From Candidatus Binatia bacterium (GTDB taxonomy: Bacteria; Desulfobacterota; Binatia; UBA9968; JAJDTQ01): 64,000 nt of DNA. The notes beneath the pieces were generated by a model, which did no database searches, was not told where the DNA came from, and saw nothing but the letters and a program-made list of their open reading frames with translations. The stretch spans positions 3,456,001 through 3,520,000 of the forward strand of contig OY762897.2 in the NCBI GenBank assembly GCA_963666515.2, given 5' to 3'. Position 1 is the stretch's first letter. Every line of letters starts with the position of its first letter. A program made the position numbers and the translations under genes. Positions 39,426 through 49,983 of this stretch are shown here, piece after piece.

Positions 39426-40406
39426 CTACATGGCGCCGGCGAAGAGCCGCAGGGTCTCGCCGCGGTCGGCGTCGCCCACGTTGTACGGAATGATCGCCAC
39501 CTGGTTGATGGCGCTCTGCTTCAACTCCGCGACCTTGGCGCTGCACTCGTCGGGGGTGCCGGCGACGGCGAACTTGTCCACCAGCCAGTCCGGGATCACG
39601 CGGGCCTGGGCGGCGAGCGGGTTCATGTGCTGGTAGTAGTTGTAGGCTTGGTGGATGTCGTCCAGCACCTTCTGCTCCTGCTCGTCCAGGGTGAAGGGCA
39701 GCGGGTGGGCGATGACCCGGGCCACGTGGGCCTTGACCGCGTCCTTGGCTCCGGGGCCCTCGGAAACGGCGCACGGCACCCACAGCACCAGGTCGATGTC
39801 GGAGAGCTTGCGGCCCGCGGACTCGGCTCCGGCGGCGATCCGTTCCACGGCTCTCTCGATGGCGCCGGAATCCACGCCCACGAGGATGATCACGCCGTCG
39901 GCAATCCGGCCGGAAAGCTCCAGCATCTTGGGGCCGCTGGCGGCCGCGTAGAACGGGATCTTCCGGTTCTGGGCGAAGTTGAGGTGTATCTTGCTGCCGC
40001 TCTCCAGCTCGGCTTCGCCGCCCTCGATGACCGCCCGCATCTGCGCCACCGCCGCCTCGAACTCCGACAGCCGCGCCTGCTTCCGGCCCATGGTCTCCAG
40101 GGAGCTGTCGCCGAGGCCGATGCCCACGGCGAACCGCCCGGGCGCCATCTCGTCCAGGGTCGCATAGCCGCTGGCCAGCACCGAGGGGTGCCGGGTCACG
40201 GGGTTGGTGACACCGGTGCCGATGATCACCTTCGAGGTGGTGAGCGCCACCGCGGCCATGTTGACGAAGGCCTCGCGCCAGATGAGGTGCGAGTCGCCGA
40301 CCCAGATGTGGCTGTAGCCCAGATCCTCCGCCTGTTTGCTGAGCTGGATGATGCGCGACATGGGTTCCGTGGGGAACATGCCCACGCCGTACTGTAATGT
40401 GCTCAC
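39426..40406 (-). CDS. LLM-class (Mer-like) flavin/F420-dependent oxidoreductase
   Basis: AEDLGYSHIWVGDSH, GTGVTNPVTRHP, GIGLGD, GRIADG. Confidence 0.88.
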   Translation of the reverse strand: MSTLQYGVGMFPTEPMSRIIQLSKQAEDLGYSHIWVGDSHLIWREAFVNMAAVALTTSKVIIGTGVTNPVTRHPSVLASGYATLDEMAPGRFAVGIGLGDSSLETMGRKQARLSEFEAAVAQMRAVIEGGEAELESGSKIHLNFAQNRKIPFYAAASGPKMLELSGRIADGVIILVGVDSGAIERAVERIAAGAESAGRKLSDIDLVLWVPCAVSEGPGAKDAVKAHVARVIAHPLPFTLDEQEQKVLDDIHQAYNYYQHMNPLAAQARVIPDWLVDKFAVAGTPDECSAKVAELKQSAINQVAIIPYNVGDADRGETLRLFAGAM

Positions 40407-40534
40407 CGAGCAACCTCCTTGGGCGACAACCGCTTAGTCATACCGGCCTCACGCCCGCCTTTGTCAACGTTTACGACAGGTTATGGTCATACTATCCAAG
40501 ATCCGACCCCCACGGTCCCCGCGGCGGCCGTTTT

Positions 40535-41704
40535 CTACTCGCTGATGATCACCCCTCGTTCCGGCGGCGGCGTCTGCTGGCTGCGGCCCGCCACGGTCAG
40601 TTCGCCGTCGATCATCACCACCGAGATGCCCGGCAGGTCGCCCTTGGCGAAGGAATCCAGGGCGTCCGTGGACACCGAGCCGGTGATGCGGTCCATGATC
40701 ACCAGGTCCGCGGGCCTGCCCTCGGCGATGATGCCCAGGTCCAGGCCGTGGGCGCGGCCGGTGTTGCCGGTGGCCATGGCCACGGCGTGTTCCGGGGCGA
40801 TGCCGCCCAGGGAGGCGAGGAAGCATATCTCCCGCAGGATGCCCCGTGGCACCACGCCGGTGCCGCCCGGCGTGTCCGTGCCCACCAGCACCCGGCTCTC
40901 GGCGCCGTGCTCCCGGACCGCGTCGGTCAGCACCATTCCCATGCGCAGGTTGCCGGAGGTGCAGATCTCGACGTAGTACTCCGTCTCGGCCACGATGCGG
41001 CGCAGGTCCTCCTCCGGCATGGGGATGGGGCCGCCTGTGCTGTGGCCGATGACGTCGGGGTCGATGGCCTTGACGATGTCCACCCCCGCCACTTGGCTCA
41101 CGCCGGAACGGGAGACGCCGCCGGAGTGGATCTTGACCTTGATGTCCCGCGCCCGGGACCACTTCACGTATCGCTCGGCCTCGCCGGTGGGCAGCAGGCT
41201 GTAGTCGTAGAAGATGAACTTGACCAGGCGGATGCCGGCCTCGGCGATGGTGTCGAAGTCCTTCTCCTCCAGGCCCGGCACCAGCAGCAGCGTGCCGCCG
41301 TGCACCCGCACGCCGGTGGGGCGGAAGTTGTCCCAGCAGCGCTTGGCGACGATGGCCAGCGACACCGCGCACAGCGGGTCCGGCGGCAACGGCAGCCCCG
41401 GCACGTGCAGCTCGCCGGCGGAAATGATGGAGGTGACGCCGCCGTGCATGTAGTGGGTGATCCAGCCCATGGAATTCTGCGCCGGCGTGAAGTTGCCGAA
41501 GGTGGGGTGGGAGTGCGAGTCGATGAGACCGGGGACCACCGTGGTGCCGTTGGCGTCGATGGTGCGGTCGGCGTTGCCGCCCAGGCCGTTGCCGATCTCC
41601 TGGATGACGCCGTCGGCTACGAAGACCGAGTCGGCGTCCCGGAGCGGCTCCTCCAGCATCCCTGTTGCCAGCGTACCGATGTTCTTGATCAGAGTGGTGG
41701 ACAT
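40535..41704 (-). CDS. Amidohydrolase, enamidase-like
   Basis: PGLIDSHSH, HGGVTSIISAGELH, HSGG, GTDTPGGTG, GRPADLV. Confidence 0.82.
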   Translation of the reverse strand: MSTTLIKNIGTLATGMLEEPLRDADSVFVADGVIQEIGNGLGGNADRTIDANGTTVVPGLIDSHSHPTFGNFTPAQNSMGWITHYMHGGVTSIISAGELHVPGLPLPPDPLCAVSLAIVAKRCWDNFRPTGVRVHGGTLLLVPGLEEKDFDTIAEAGIRLVKFIFYDYSLLPTGEAERYVKWSRARDIKVKIHSGGVSRSGVSQVAGVDIVKAIDPDVIGHSTGGPIPMPEEDLRRIVAETEYYVEICTSGNLRMGMVLTDAVREHGAESRVLVGTDTPGGTGVVPRGILREICFLASLGGIAPEHAVAMATGNTGRAHGLDLGIIAEGRPADLVIMDRITGSVSTDALDSFAKGDLPGISVVMIDGELTVAGRSQQTPPPERGVIISE

Positions 41705-41770
41705 ACGCTTGAGGCCCTTCTCGGCAAGATTCCAGATTGAGGACCGTAGCACAGAAGCCTGCGAAATTCA

Positions 41771-41842
41771 GGGGGCGACCGCAGGTCGCCCCTACACATG
41801 CTCCAGCGATGAACCTCATGCAGGGGCGACCCGCGGTCGCCT
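41771..41842. repeat. Pair of GTAG-type REP palindromes (GGGGCGACC...GGTCGCCCC)
   Basis: ggggcgaccgcaggtcgcccctac and gcaggggcgacccgcggtcgcc in opposite orientation. Confidence 0.7.
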
Positions 41843-42603
41843 CAGTGCGACAGTATCTGGCTCAGGAACAGCTTGGTGCGGTCGGACTTCGGGTTGTTGA
41901 AGAATTCGGTCGGGGTGTTCTGCTCGACGATCTGGCCCTCGTCCATGAAGATCACGCGGTCGGCCACCTGGGAGGCGAAGCCCATCTCGTGGGTCACCAC
42001 CAGCATGGTCATGCCGGACTCGGCCAGGTCCACCATCACTTCCAGCACCTCCTTGATCATCTCGGGGTCCAAGGCCGAGGTGGGCTCGTCGAACAGCATG
42101 ACCTTGGGGCGCATGCACAGCGAGCGGGCGATGGCCACGCGCTGCTGCTGCCCGCCGGAGAGCTGGCCGGGATACTTGCCGGCCTGGTCCGGGATGCGCA
42201 CCCGTTCCAGGTATTCCATGGCGATGCGCTCGGCCTCCGCCCGCGGCAGCTTGCGCACCCACATCGGCGCCAGCGTGCAGTTCTCCAGCGCGGTGAGATG
42301 GGGGAACAGGTTGAACTGCTGGAACACCATGCCGACCTCGCGGCGGACGACGTCGATGTTCTTCAGGTCGTGGCTCAACTCGGTGCCGTCCACGGTGATG
42401 GAGCCGCTCTGGTGCTCCTCGAGCCGGTTGATGCAGCGGATGAGCGTGGACTTGCCCGAGCCGGACGGGCCGCAGATGACGATGCGCTCCTGCGGCGCCA
42501 CCTCCAGGTCGATGTCGCGCAGGACGTGGAACGAGCCGAACCACTTGTTGAGGCCGGTGATGCGGATGATGGCGTCGCCCGCAGGCGTTTCGGCGGTGGG
42601 CAT
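41842..42603 (-). CDS. aapP: General L-amino acid ABC transporter ATPase
   Basis: [32 protein letters not shown]. Confidence 0.88.
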   Translation of the reverse strand: MPTAETPAGDAIIRITGLNKWFGSFHVLRDIDLEVAPQERIVICGPSGSGKSTLIRCINRLEEHQSGSITVDGTELSHDLKNIDVVRREVGMVFQQFNLFPHLTALENCTLAPMWVRKLPRAEAERIAMEYLERVRIPDQAGKYPGQLSGGQQQRVAIARSLCMRPKVMLFDEPTSALDPEMIKEVLEVMVDLAESGMTMLVVTHEMGFASQVADRVIFMDEGQIVEQNTPTEFFNNPKSDRTKLFLSQILSH

Positions 42604-42615
42604 GGTGCGGTCTCC

Positions 42616-43728
42616 TTACCGGCGCGTGGTGTCCAGGCGCCGCTCCAGCTTCATGGAGTAGCGCGACATGGAGAAGCAGATGACGAAGAAGAACAGCGCC
42701 GCGAACAGGAAGGTCTCGTGATCGACCTTGCCGATCCAGTCGGGATGGGTCTGCAGCAGCCGCGCCTGGCCGAGGATGTCGAACATGCCGATGATGATCA
42801 CCAGCGTCGTGTCCTTGAACAGGCCGATGAACGTGTTGACGATGCCGGGGATCGAGACCTTGAGGGCCTGGGGCAGGATGATGAAGCGCATGGCCTGCCA
42901 GTAGCCGAGCCCCATGGCCTGCGCGGCTTCGTACTGGCCCTTGGGGATCGCCTGGAGACCGCCGCGGATGACCTCCGCCATGTACGCGGAGGCGAACAGG
43001 GTGATCATGATCATGACCCGGGTGAGCTGGTCAAGGGTCACGTCCGGGGGCAGGAACAGTTGCAGGATGACGATGGCCACGAACAGCAGCGTGATCAGCG
43101 GGACGCCGCGGATCACCTCGATGAACGCCACCGACACGACCCGGACCGCGGGCAGGCGCGAGCGCCGTCCCAGCGCCAGCAGGATGCCCACGGGCAGCGA
43201 CAGCGCGATGCCGGCGAGCCCGGCGATGACGTTGAGCATGAAGCCGCCGAACTTGTCGGTGCCGACGCCGTCGAGACCGAAGCCGCCCAGCAGCAGGACC
43301 CCGGCCAGCAGCGGATAGGCGGCGGTGAACCAGCGCCCGTAGCGGGCGCCGGGGAGGCGCTCGAACAGGACGTAGGCCAGGGCCGGGGCCAGCAGCACCA
43401 GGGCGATGTTGACCCGCCAGCGCAGCTCCGCCGGGTAGAAGCCGTAGATGAACTGGCCGATGCGCTGGTCGAGCCACGCCCAGCACGCGCCCACGCCGGC
43501 GCAGTCGTTGCCCACGACGCCGCTGAAATCCGCCTCCAGGAACGCCCAGCGGAAGAACGGCGGCAGCGCCAGCGCCAGCACCGCGACGGACGCCGCGGTG
43601 AGCGCCAGGTTGAGCCCGCTCGAGAAGAGGTTGGCCCGCAGCCACCCGAACAGCCCCACGGTGCTTGCCGGGGGCGGCCGCTGCGGCAGCAGCTCGGCCT
43701 GGAGTCGATGGAAGGCGCGGACGCTCAT
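42616..43728 (-). CDS. aapM: General L-amino acid ABC transporter permease
   Basis: RGVPLI, AEVIRGGLQAIPKGQYEAA, FKDTTL; ATG 43728 overlaps the aapQ stop. Confidence 0.85.
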   Translation of the reverse strand: MSVRAFHRLQAELLPQRPPPASTVGLFGWLRANLFSSGLNLALTAASVAVLALALPPFFRWAFLEADFSGVVGNDCAGVGACWAWLDQRIGQFIYGFYPAELRWRVNIALVLLAPALAYVLFERLPGARYGRWFTAAYPLLAGVLLLGGFGLDGVGTDKFGGFMLNVIAGLAGIALSLPVGILLALGRRSRLPAVRVVSVAFIEVIRGVPLITLLFVAIVILQLFLPPDVTLDQLTRVMIMITLFASAYMAEVIRGGLQAIPKGQYEAAQAMGLGYWQAMRFIILPQALKVSIPGIVNTFIGLFKDTTLVIIIGMFDILGQARLLQTHPDWIGKVDHETFLFAALFFFVICFSMSRYSMKLERRLDTTRR

Positions 43729-44912
43729 CGTTCCACCAGCGCGATCGACGCGTTGTACCAGTTCATGAACGCCGACGTGAGCAGGCTCAGGGTGAGGTAG
43801 AAGGCCATGTAGATGGAGATCACCTCCAGGGCCTGCCCGCTCTGGTTCAGCACGGTGTCGCCGATGGAAACGATGTCCTGGTATCCGATGGCGACCGCGA
43901 GGGAGGAGTTCTTGGTCAGGTTCAGGTACTGGCTGGTGAGCGGCGGCACGATCACGCGCAACGCCTGGGGCAGGATGATCTTGCGCGTGGTGAGGCCCCG
44001 GCGCAGGCCCAGGGCGCCGGCGGCCTCCACCTGCCCCCGGCTCACCGACAGGATGCCGGCGCGCACGATCTCGGCGATGAACGCGCCGGTATAGGTGGAC
44101 AGCGCCATCCACAGCGCCACCAGTTCCGGCGTAACGTTGAAGCCGCCGCGCAGGTTGAACCGGCCCATCACCGGCGCGTCGAAGGTCACCGGCTGGCCGG
44201 CCGCGAACCAGGCCGCCAGCGTTGCGCCGGCGATCAGGGCCAGCGCGCACCAGCCCGAGGGAAAGGTCCGGCCGGTGCGCTGCTGGCGCGCCCTCGCCCA
44301 GCGGGCCACGGCGAAGGCCGCGACCACCCCGGCCAGCAGCGCCGCCAGCACCAGCGTCGCACCATCCCCGAAGACCGGCCACGGCATCCGCACCCCGCGG
44401 TTGTTCAGGTAGACGGCGTCGGCGAAGGCGAGGCTTTGACGGACCTTCGGCAGCGCCAGGATGACGACCCACCAGAAGATGATCTGCAGCAGCAGCGGGA
44501 CGTTCCGGGTGAACTCCACCCAGGCGCCGACGATCCGGCTCACCAGGAAGTTCCGCGACAGCCGCGACACCCCGGCGAGAAAGCCGATGACCGTGGCCGC
44601 GGCGATGCCGAGGACGGCCACGACGATGGTGTTGAGGCCGCCGACGATGAACGCCCGGCCGTAGGTGGAGGTGGACTGGTAGTGGATGAGCCGCTGGTTG
44701 ATGTCGAAGGAAGCGGTGTCGAACAGGAAGCCGAAGCCCGAGGCCAGGCCGGCGCGCTGGAGGTTGGTGGCGGTGTTGGAGACGACGACCGCGGCCAGCA
44801 GGATCAGCCCCAGGACCAGCAGAATCTGCCAGAGCACCCCGCGCGCCCGCTCGTCGGTCCACAAGCGGCTGAGACGCAGGGTATTCGACCTGTCGGGTTC
44901 AACGGAAGGCAT
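43725..44912 (-). CDS. aapQ: General L-amino acid ABC transporter permease
   Basis: RNVPLLLQ, AEIVRAGI...GQVEAA, TKNSSLAVAIGY. Confidence 0.85.
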   Translation of the reverse strand: MPSVEPDRSNTLRLSRLWTDERARGVLWQILLVLGLILLAAVVVSNTATNLQRAGLASGFGFLFDTASFDINQRLIHYQSTSTYGRAFIVGGLNTIVVAVLGIAAATVIGFLAGVSRLSRNFLVSRIVGAWVEFTRNVPLLLQIIFWWVVILALPKVRQSLAFADAVYLNNRGVRMPWPVFGDGATLVLAALLAGVVAAFAVARWARARQQRTGRTFPSGWCALALIAGATLAAWFAAGQPVTFDAPVMGRFNLRGGFNVTPELVALWMALSTYTGAFIAEIVRAGILSVSRGQVEAAGALGLRRGLTTRKIILPQALRVIVPPLTSQYLNLTKNSSLAVAIGYQDIVSIGDTVLNQSGQALEVISIYMAFYLTLSLLTSAFMNWYNASIALVER

Positions 44913-44961
44913 GGACGCAGAGCCCGCGGCTCGGAGCCGCCTGAGGGCTCCCTCGTGGCCG

Positions 44962-45011
44962 CGTTCCCCGGCCCCGCTCCCGTGCCGGTCGAAAGCGGGG
45001 CCGGAGGAACG
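44962..45011 (-). other. Intercistronic stem-loop after aapJ
   Basis: cgttcc-ccggccccgct ... agcggggccgg-aggaacg inverted repeat. Confidence 0.55.
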
Positions 45012-45023
45012 CCGCCGTGCGGT

Positions 45024-46061
45024 CTACCGGAACGGCGGCGCGTAGAGGATGCCGCCGTCTTTGTAGAGCGCGTTCAGCCCTCGCGCGAGCCCCAGCTTGG
45101 TCTTCGGCCCGAGGTAGCGGTCGAAGATCTCCGCGTAGTTGCCTTCGGCCGCAATGGCGCGGACCGCCCACTTGGCGTCCAGGCCCAGCATCTCGCCGAA
45201 GCTCCCTTCCTTGCCGAGCATGCGTTTGGTCTCGGGATTGTCCGAGCCCTCCGCCATCTTCGCCACGTTGGCCTGGGTGACGCCGTTCTCCTCGGCGATG
45301 ATCAGCGCGTTCAGGACCCAGCGGGCGATGTCCGCCCACTGGTCGTCACCCTGGCGGACCAGCGGACCCAGCGGCTCTTTCGAGATGATCTCGGGGAAGA
45401 CCATGTGCTTGTCGGCATCCGCGAAGGTCGCCTTGGTCGCGGCCAGGCCCGATGCGTCGGTCGTGTACACGTCGCAACGCTCGGCCTCGTACGCGGCGCG
45501 CGCCTCGGCGTTGGTCTCGATGGGCACCGGCTCGTACTTGATCTTGTTGGTGCGGAAGAAGTCCGCCAGGTTCAGCTCGGTGGTGGTGCCGGTCTGGATG
45601 CAGACCGAGGCGCCGTCGAGCTGTCTGGCGCTCTTCACCCCCAGCGCCTTGCGTCCGATGAAGCCCTGGCCGTCATAGTAGTTGACGCCGATGAAAGTGA
45701 AGCCGAGGTTCACGTCGCGCGACAGGGTCCAGGTGGTGTTGCGGGACAGGACGTCGATCTCGCCCGACTGAAGCGCCGGGAAGCGGTTCTTCCCGGTCAG
45801 GTTGACGTACTTGACCTTGCTCGCGTCACCCATCACGGCCGCGGCAAGGGCCTTGCAGTAGGCCACGTCGAACCCGGTCCAGTTGCCCTTGTCGTCGGTG
45901 AAGGCGAAGCCGGGCAGCCCGGTGTTGATGCCGCAGGAAAGCTGGCCGCGCTTGCGGACGTCGTCCAGCGTCCCGGCGACGGCATGGGACGCCGCCACGG
46001 CCACCACCAGCACCGCGGCCGCGAGGCTCCGCGAAAGCCCTCGTACAAGATTTTTCCTCAT
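45024..46061 (-). CDS. aapJ: General L-amino acid ABC transporter substrate-binding protein
   Basis: Signal peptide; RFPALQSGEIDVLSRNTTWT, ISKEPLGP, GNYAEIF, YAPPFR. Confidence 0.9.
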   Translation of the reverse strand: MRKNLVRGLSRSLAAAVLVVAVAASHAVAGTLDDVRKRGQLSCGINTGLPGFAFTDDKGNWTGFDVAYCKALAAAVMGDASKVKYVNLTGKNRFPALQSGEIDVLSRNTTWTLSRDVNLGFTFIGVNYYDGQGFIGRKALGVKSARQLDGASVCIQTGTTTELNLADFFRTNKIKYEPVPIETNAEARAAYEAERCDVYTTDASGLAATKATFADADKHMVFPEIISKEPLGPLVRQGDDQWADIARWVLNALIIAEENGVTQANVAKMAEGSDNPETKRMLGKEGSFGEMLGLDAKWAVRAIAAEGNYAEIFDRYLGPKTKLGLARGLNALYKDGGILYAPPFR

Positions 46062-46215
46062 GACTGAAGCCCTCCTCTTTTGAGTTTTCACTAAACGGAC
46101 ACCCTACAGATACATTAACGATATCGTCGCCTCCGTTATCTGGCAAGTGGTCCACAACGTCGTGATCGAGCGGGCCGAGGACCGTTCGGCCCGCGCGGCA
46201 ATCGGGATCTCCACC

Positions 46216-46926
46216 TCAACCTCCCAGGTACGCCTGCTTCACCGCGGGGTCGGCCAGCAGGTCCGCGGACTTCCCCTCCAGCACCAGGCTGCCGTTCTCC
46301 AGCACGTAGCCCCTGCCGGCGAACTGGAGCGCGAGCTGCGCGTTCTGCTCCACCAGCAGAATGGTGGTGCCTTCCCGGTTGATCTCCTTGAGGGCGTCGA
46401 ACACGCTCTTCATCATCAGCGGGGCCAGTCCCATGGAAGGTTCGTCCAGCAGCATGAGCTTGCGGCCGCTCATGAAGGCCCGGCCCACCGCCAGCATCTG
46501 CTGCTCGCCGCCGCTCAGGGTGCCGGCCTTCTGGTGTTCCCGTTCCGCGAGGCGCGGGAAGATGGACAGGACGCGGTCCATGTCCTGCCTGACGCCGCTG
46601 TCCCTGCGGGCGAAGCAGGAGAGCCTCAGGTTCTCCATCACCGTGAGGTTGTCGAACAGGCGCCGCCCCTCGGGCACGTGGGAGATGGCGAGCTGGCTGA
46701 CCACCTTGTCCGCGGGGTATCGCAGCAGGTCCTCGCCCCGGTAGGTCATGCGCGTCCCCGCCTCCACCGGCACCATGCGCGAGATGGCCAGCAGCGTGGT
46801 GCTCTTGCCGGCGCCGTTGGCGCCGATGATGCAGACGCTCTCGCCCTCGTCGATCTCGAAGCTGACCCCCTGCAGGGCGCGGATGCGGTCGTAGGAGACG
46901 CGCAGGTTTTCGACGGACAACAACAT
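46216..46926 (-). CDS. livF: Branched-chain amino acid ABC ATPase
   Basis: GANGAGKS, VPEGRR, LSGGEQQMLA, DEPSMGLAP. Confidence 0.85.
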   Translation of the reverse strand: MLLSVENLRVSYDRIRALQGVSFEIDEGESVCIIGANGAGKSTTLLAISRMVPVEAGTRMTYRGEDLLRYPADKVVSQLAISHVPEGRRLFDNLTVMENLRLSCFARRDSGVRQDMDRVLSIFPRLAEREHQKAGTLSGGEQQMLAVGRAFMSGRKLMLLDEPSMGLAPLMMKSVFDALKEINREGTTILLVEQNAQLALQFAGRGYVLENGSLVLEGKSADLLADPAVKQAYLGG

Positions 46927-46931
46927 GGCCG

Positions 46932-47702
46932 CTACGTCTCGGTGGCTCCCAGGTAGGCCTCGATGACCCTGGGGTTGTTCTGTATCTCCTCGGGCGTGCC
47001 CTCGGCGATCACCTCTCCGAAGTCCAGCGTCTGGATACGCTCGCACAGCTCCATGACGAACCGCATCCGGTGCTCGATCAGGAAGATCGCCAGGTTCAGC
47101 TCCCGGTGCACGCGCCGGATGATCTCCATGATCTGCACCAGCTCGTCGGGGTTCATGCCCGCGGTGGGCTCGTCCAGCAGCAGCAGCCGGGGCTCGGTGG
47201 CCAGCGCCCGGGCCATCTCGACCCGGCGCTGGGCGCCGTAGGGCAGGTTGGGGACGGCCTGGTGCGCCAGGTGGCGGATGTCCAGCATCTCCAGCAGGGC
47301 CAGGGCCTTGTCCTCGATCTCGCGCTCTTCCCGGTGCCGCCGGGGCGTGCCCAGGCAGGCGCCGAGGAGGCCGTAGCCGATCCTGGAGTAACGGGCCATC
47401 TTCACGTGCTCCAGGACGTTCATGTGCCGCCACAGCAGCAGGTTCTGGAAGGTCCTGCCGATGCCCATCGACGCGATGCGGTGGGGCGGAAGGCCGCTGA
47501 TCCGCTCGCCGTCGAGGTAGATGTGGCCGCGGGTGGGGTTGTAGATGCCGGTGATCAGGTTGAAGATCGTGGTCTTGCCGGCGCCGTTGGGTCCGATGAG
47601 CCCGCGGATCTCGCCGGGCTCGATGGCCAGCGCGTAGTCGTGGACCGCGCGCAGGCCGCCGAACTGGTGGGTGATATTGTCAACCTTGAGGAAGGGCATC
47701 AC
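46932..47702 (-). CDS. livG: Branched-chain amino acid ABC ATPase
   Basis: GPNGAGKT, RTFQN, LPYGAQRRVE, DEPTAG. Confidence 0.85.
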   Translation of the reverse strand: MMPFLKVDNITHQFGGLRAVHDYALAIEPGEIRGLIGPNGAGKTTIFNLITGIYNPTRGHIYLDGERISGLPPHRIASMGIGRTFQNLLLWRHMNVLEHVKMARYSRIGYGLLGACLGTPRRHREEREIEDKALALLEMLDIRHLAHQAVPNLPYGAQRRVEMARALATEPRLLLLDEPTAGMNPDELVQIMEIIRRVHRELNLAIFLIEHRMRFVMELCERIQTLDFGEVIAEGTPEEIQNNPRVIEAYLGATET

Positions 47703-48966
47703 GTTCCCTTTCCGGGTCCGTCTTCGGCTTGAGGATGGCCTCGGGGTCGAACTCCTTGAAGGCCACCAGCCCCGTGGGCCGGTAGATCATCACCAGGATG
47801 AGCAGCAGCGGGATGATGATCCACTTGAAGATCTCCAGCGGGCGCAGGGCCTCGCCGAGAAGGTTGATGCCAACGGCGCCGATGATGGAGCCGTAGACCG
47901 AGTTCAACCCGCCGAAGTAGACCATGGCCAGCACCTCGGCGAGCTTCTGGATGCCGAAGGTTCCCGGGTTGACGTATCGCAGCACGTGGGCGAACAGGCC
48001 GCCGGCCACCCCGGCCCAGAAGGCGGCGAACAGGAACCCCACCATCTTGGTGAAGCGCGTATCCACGGTCATGGCCGTGGCCGCCATCTCGTTGTCCCGC
48101 ACCGCGTTGAGCGCCTTGCCGAGGGTGGAGCGGACGAAGTTGTTGATGACCCAGACGCAGGCCACCGTCCACAGGAACACGGTGGGCAGCCCCGCCCAGT
48201 CCGGCTGCCCCCCCAGCCCGCGCGCCCCGCCCACGATCTCCAGGTTCTCGATCAGGCTCTTGACGATGAACATGAACGCCAGCGAGATGATGGCGAGGTA
48301 GTCGCCGCGGGTGCGGAACGAGGGGATGGCCACCACCAGGGCGCTTACCGCGGCCACCAGGCCGCCGACGACCAGGATCACCGGGAACAGGAACGGCCCC
48401 AGTACGGCCGGCAGCAGGGCGGAGCCGAATACCCTGTGGCTGGTGAAGAGATCGATGGTCAGCACCGAGGCCACGTAGGCCCCCACCGCCATGAAGCCGG
48501 GATGGGAGCACGAGAACTCGCCCATGTAGCCGTTGATCACGTTGAGGCTCAGGGTGACCATCACCGCGATCAGGGTGAAGCGGAGGACCAGGTCCCGGTA
48601 GTCGCTCAGGCCGGACCACATCTCCAGCGTGACGTAGAAGAGGCCGAGATGGACGGCCGCGGAGACCGCCAGCGGGAAGGCCAGCAGCCGGCCTGCAGCC
48701 AGGTTGGCGAGGGCGGCGGTGAAGCGGGCGATGACCGCGATGGGCACGGCGTAGATCAGCAGCACGTACAGCGCGGCGCCGGGGAACAGCAGGGGTTTCT
48801 TGAGCGCGGTGACAATGCCGAAGAGCACCGGGATCTTGGGCAGGCCCAGCGAGTGGGCCAGGAGCGTTCCCACCTGGATCTCCAGCACCACCGCGACGAA
48901 CCCGCCGGCCAGCCAACCGAGGAGGGGCACCCGTGAGAACCCGCGCATCATTTCAGCCGCATCCAT
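47680..48966 (-). CDS. livM: Branched-chain amino acid ABC permease
   Basis: GYMGEFS, RGDYLAI, AVRDNE, GGLNS. Confidence 0.82.
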   Translation of the reverse strand: MDAAEMMRGFSRVPLLGWLAGGFVAVVLEIQVGTLLAHSLGLPKIPVLFGIVTALKKPLLFPGAALYVLLIYAVPIAVIARFTAALANLAAGRLLAFPLAVSAAVHLGLFYVTLEMWSGLSDYRDLVLRFTLIAVMVTLSLNVINGYMGEFSCSHPGFMAVGAYVASVLTIDLFTSHRVFGSALLPAVLGPFLFPVILVVGGLVAAVSALVVAIPSFRTRGDYLAIISLAFMFIVKSLIENLEIVGGARGLGGQPDWAGLPTVFLWTVACVWVINNFVRSTLGKALNAVRDNEMAATAMTVDTRFTKMVGFLFAAFWAGVAGGLFAHVLRYVNPGTFGIQKLAEVLAMVYFGGLNSVYGSIIGAVGINLLGEALRPLEIFKWIIIPLLLILVMIYRPTGLVAFKEFDPEAILKPKTDPERERDALPQG

Positions 48967-48988
48967 GGCAAAGGCAACCGCGGCGCCG

Positions 48989-49912
48989 TCACAGCCTCAG
49001 CCGCGCGCTGTAGGGCTCGCCGAAGAAGCCGTGCGGCCGGACCACGAGGATCAGCAGCACGATGGAGTAGGCGATCAGGTCGCGCAGGCTCGAAGGGAAG
49101 ATCATGGCCGTGAAGATCTCGATGAAGCCGAGCAGGAAGCCGGCCAGCGTGGCCCCCATGACCGAGCCCCTGCCGCCCAGGATCGCCGCCACGAAGGCCT
49201 TCCAGCCGAACGTGATTCCCATGTAGGGGTCCAGGACCGGGTAGGCCAGGGCGTAGAGTATCCCGGCCGCGGCGGCCAGCGCCGAGCCCAGGGCGAAGGT
49301 GAGCGCCGCGATGCCGTTGATGGACACTCCCATCAACGGCACCGCCACGTAGTCGAACGCCATCGCCCGCATGGCCAGGCCCCACTTGGTCTTGCGCACG
49401 AACAGGTGCATCCCCGTGGCCAGCAGCAGCGCCACCACCACGATGAGTATCTTCGTGTTGGTGATGAAGACGCCGCCCATCTCGTAGACCGTGGTGTCGA
49501 TGAGGGACGGGAAACGGATGCGCCGGGCGCCGAGCAGGGCCAGGTTGCCGGTCTCCAGGATGATGCCGATCATCAACCCGGTGATGGCGGCGGAGGCGCG
49601 CGGCGCGGCCCGCAGGGGCCGGTAGCCGATGCGCTCCACGAGCATGCCGACGAACGACGTCAGCACCATGGCGAGCAGGATGGTCAGGATCAGGATCAGC
49701 CAGGGCGGCAGCGCCAGGGCGCCCTGGGCGGCCATGGCGATCAGCACCGCGGCGACGCCGACGCCGATGTAGGCGCCCACCATGAAGATGTCGCCGTGGG
49801 CGAAGTTGAACAGCATCAGGATGCTGTAGACCATGGAGTAGCCCAGCGCGATGAGGGCGTAGAAGCTCCCCCACTGCAGGGCGTTCACCAGGTTCTGGAG
49901 AAACAGCGCCAT
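48989..49912 (-). CDS. livH: Branched-chain amino acid ABC permease
   Basis: YALIALGYSMVY, NFAHG, GLAMRA, KAFVAAILGG. Confidence 0.85.
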   Translation of the reverse strand: MALFLQNLVNALQWGSFYALIALGYSMVYSILMLFNFAHGDIFMVGAYIGVGVAAVLIAMAAQGALALPPWLILILTILLAMVLTSFVGMLVERIGYRPLRAAPRASAAITGLMIGIILETGNLALLGARRIRFPSLIDTTVYEMGGVFITNTKILIVVVALLLATGMHLFVRKTKWGLAMRAMAFDYVAVPLMGVSINGIAALTFALGSALAAAAGILYALAYPVLDPYMGITFGWKAFVAAILGGRGSVMGATLAGFLLGFIEIFTAMIFPSSLRDLIAYSIVLLILVVRPHGFFGEPYSARLRL

Positions 49913-49922
49913 CGGCTACCGG

Positions 49923-49959
49923 CCCGGGAGCGAGGGCGGGACGCCCTCTCGCTCCCGGG
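49923..49959 (-). other. Intercistronic stem-loop after the LIV binding-protein gene
   Basis: cccgggagcgagggcg-gga-cgccctc(tc)gctcccggg. Confidence 0.55.
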
Positions 49960-49983
49960 GGATGACTCGGAACGGTTGAGCCG

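Noticed and set aside
41737-46067. Long + strand ORFs (687 and 800 aa), and similar ones at 14916-17018, 18608-20197 and 20378-23128
   Set aside because: Antisense shadows of well-supported genes.
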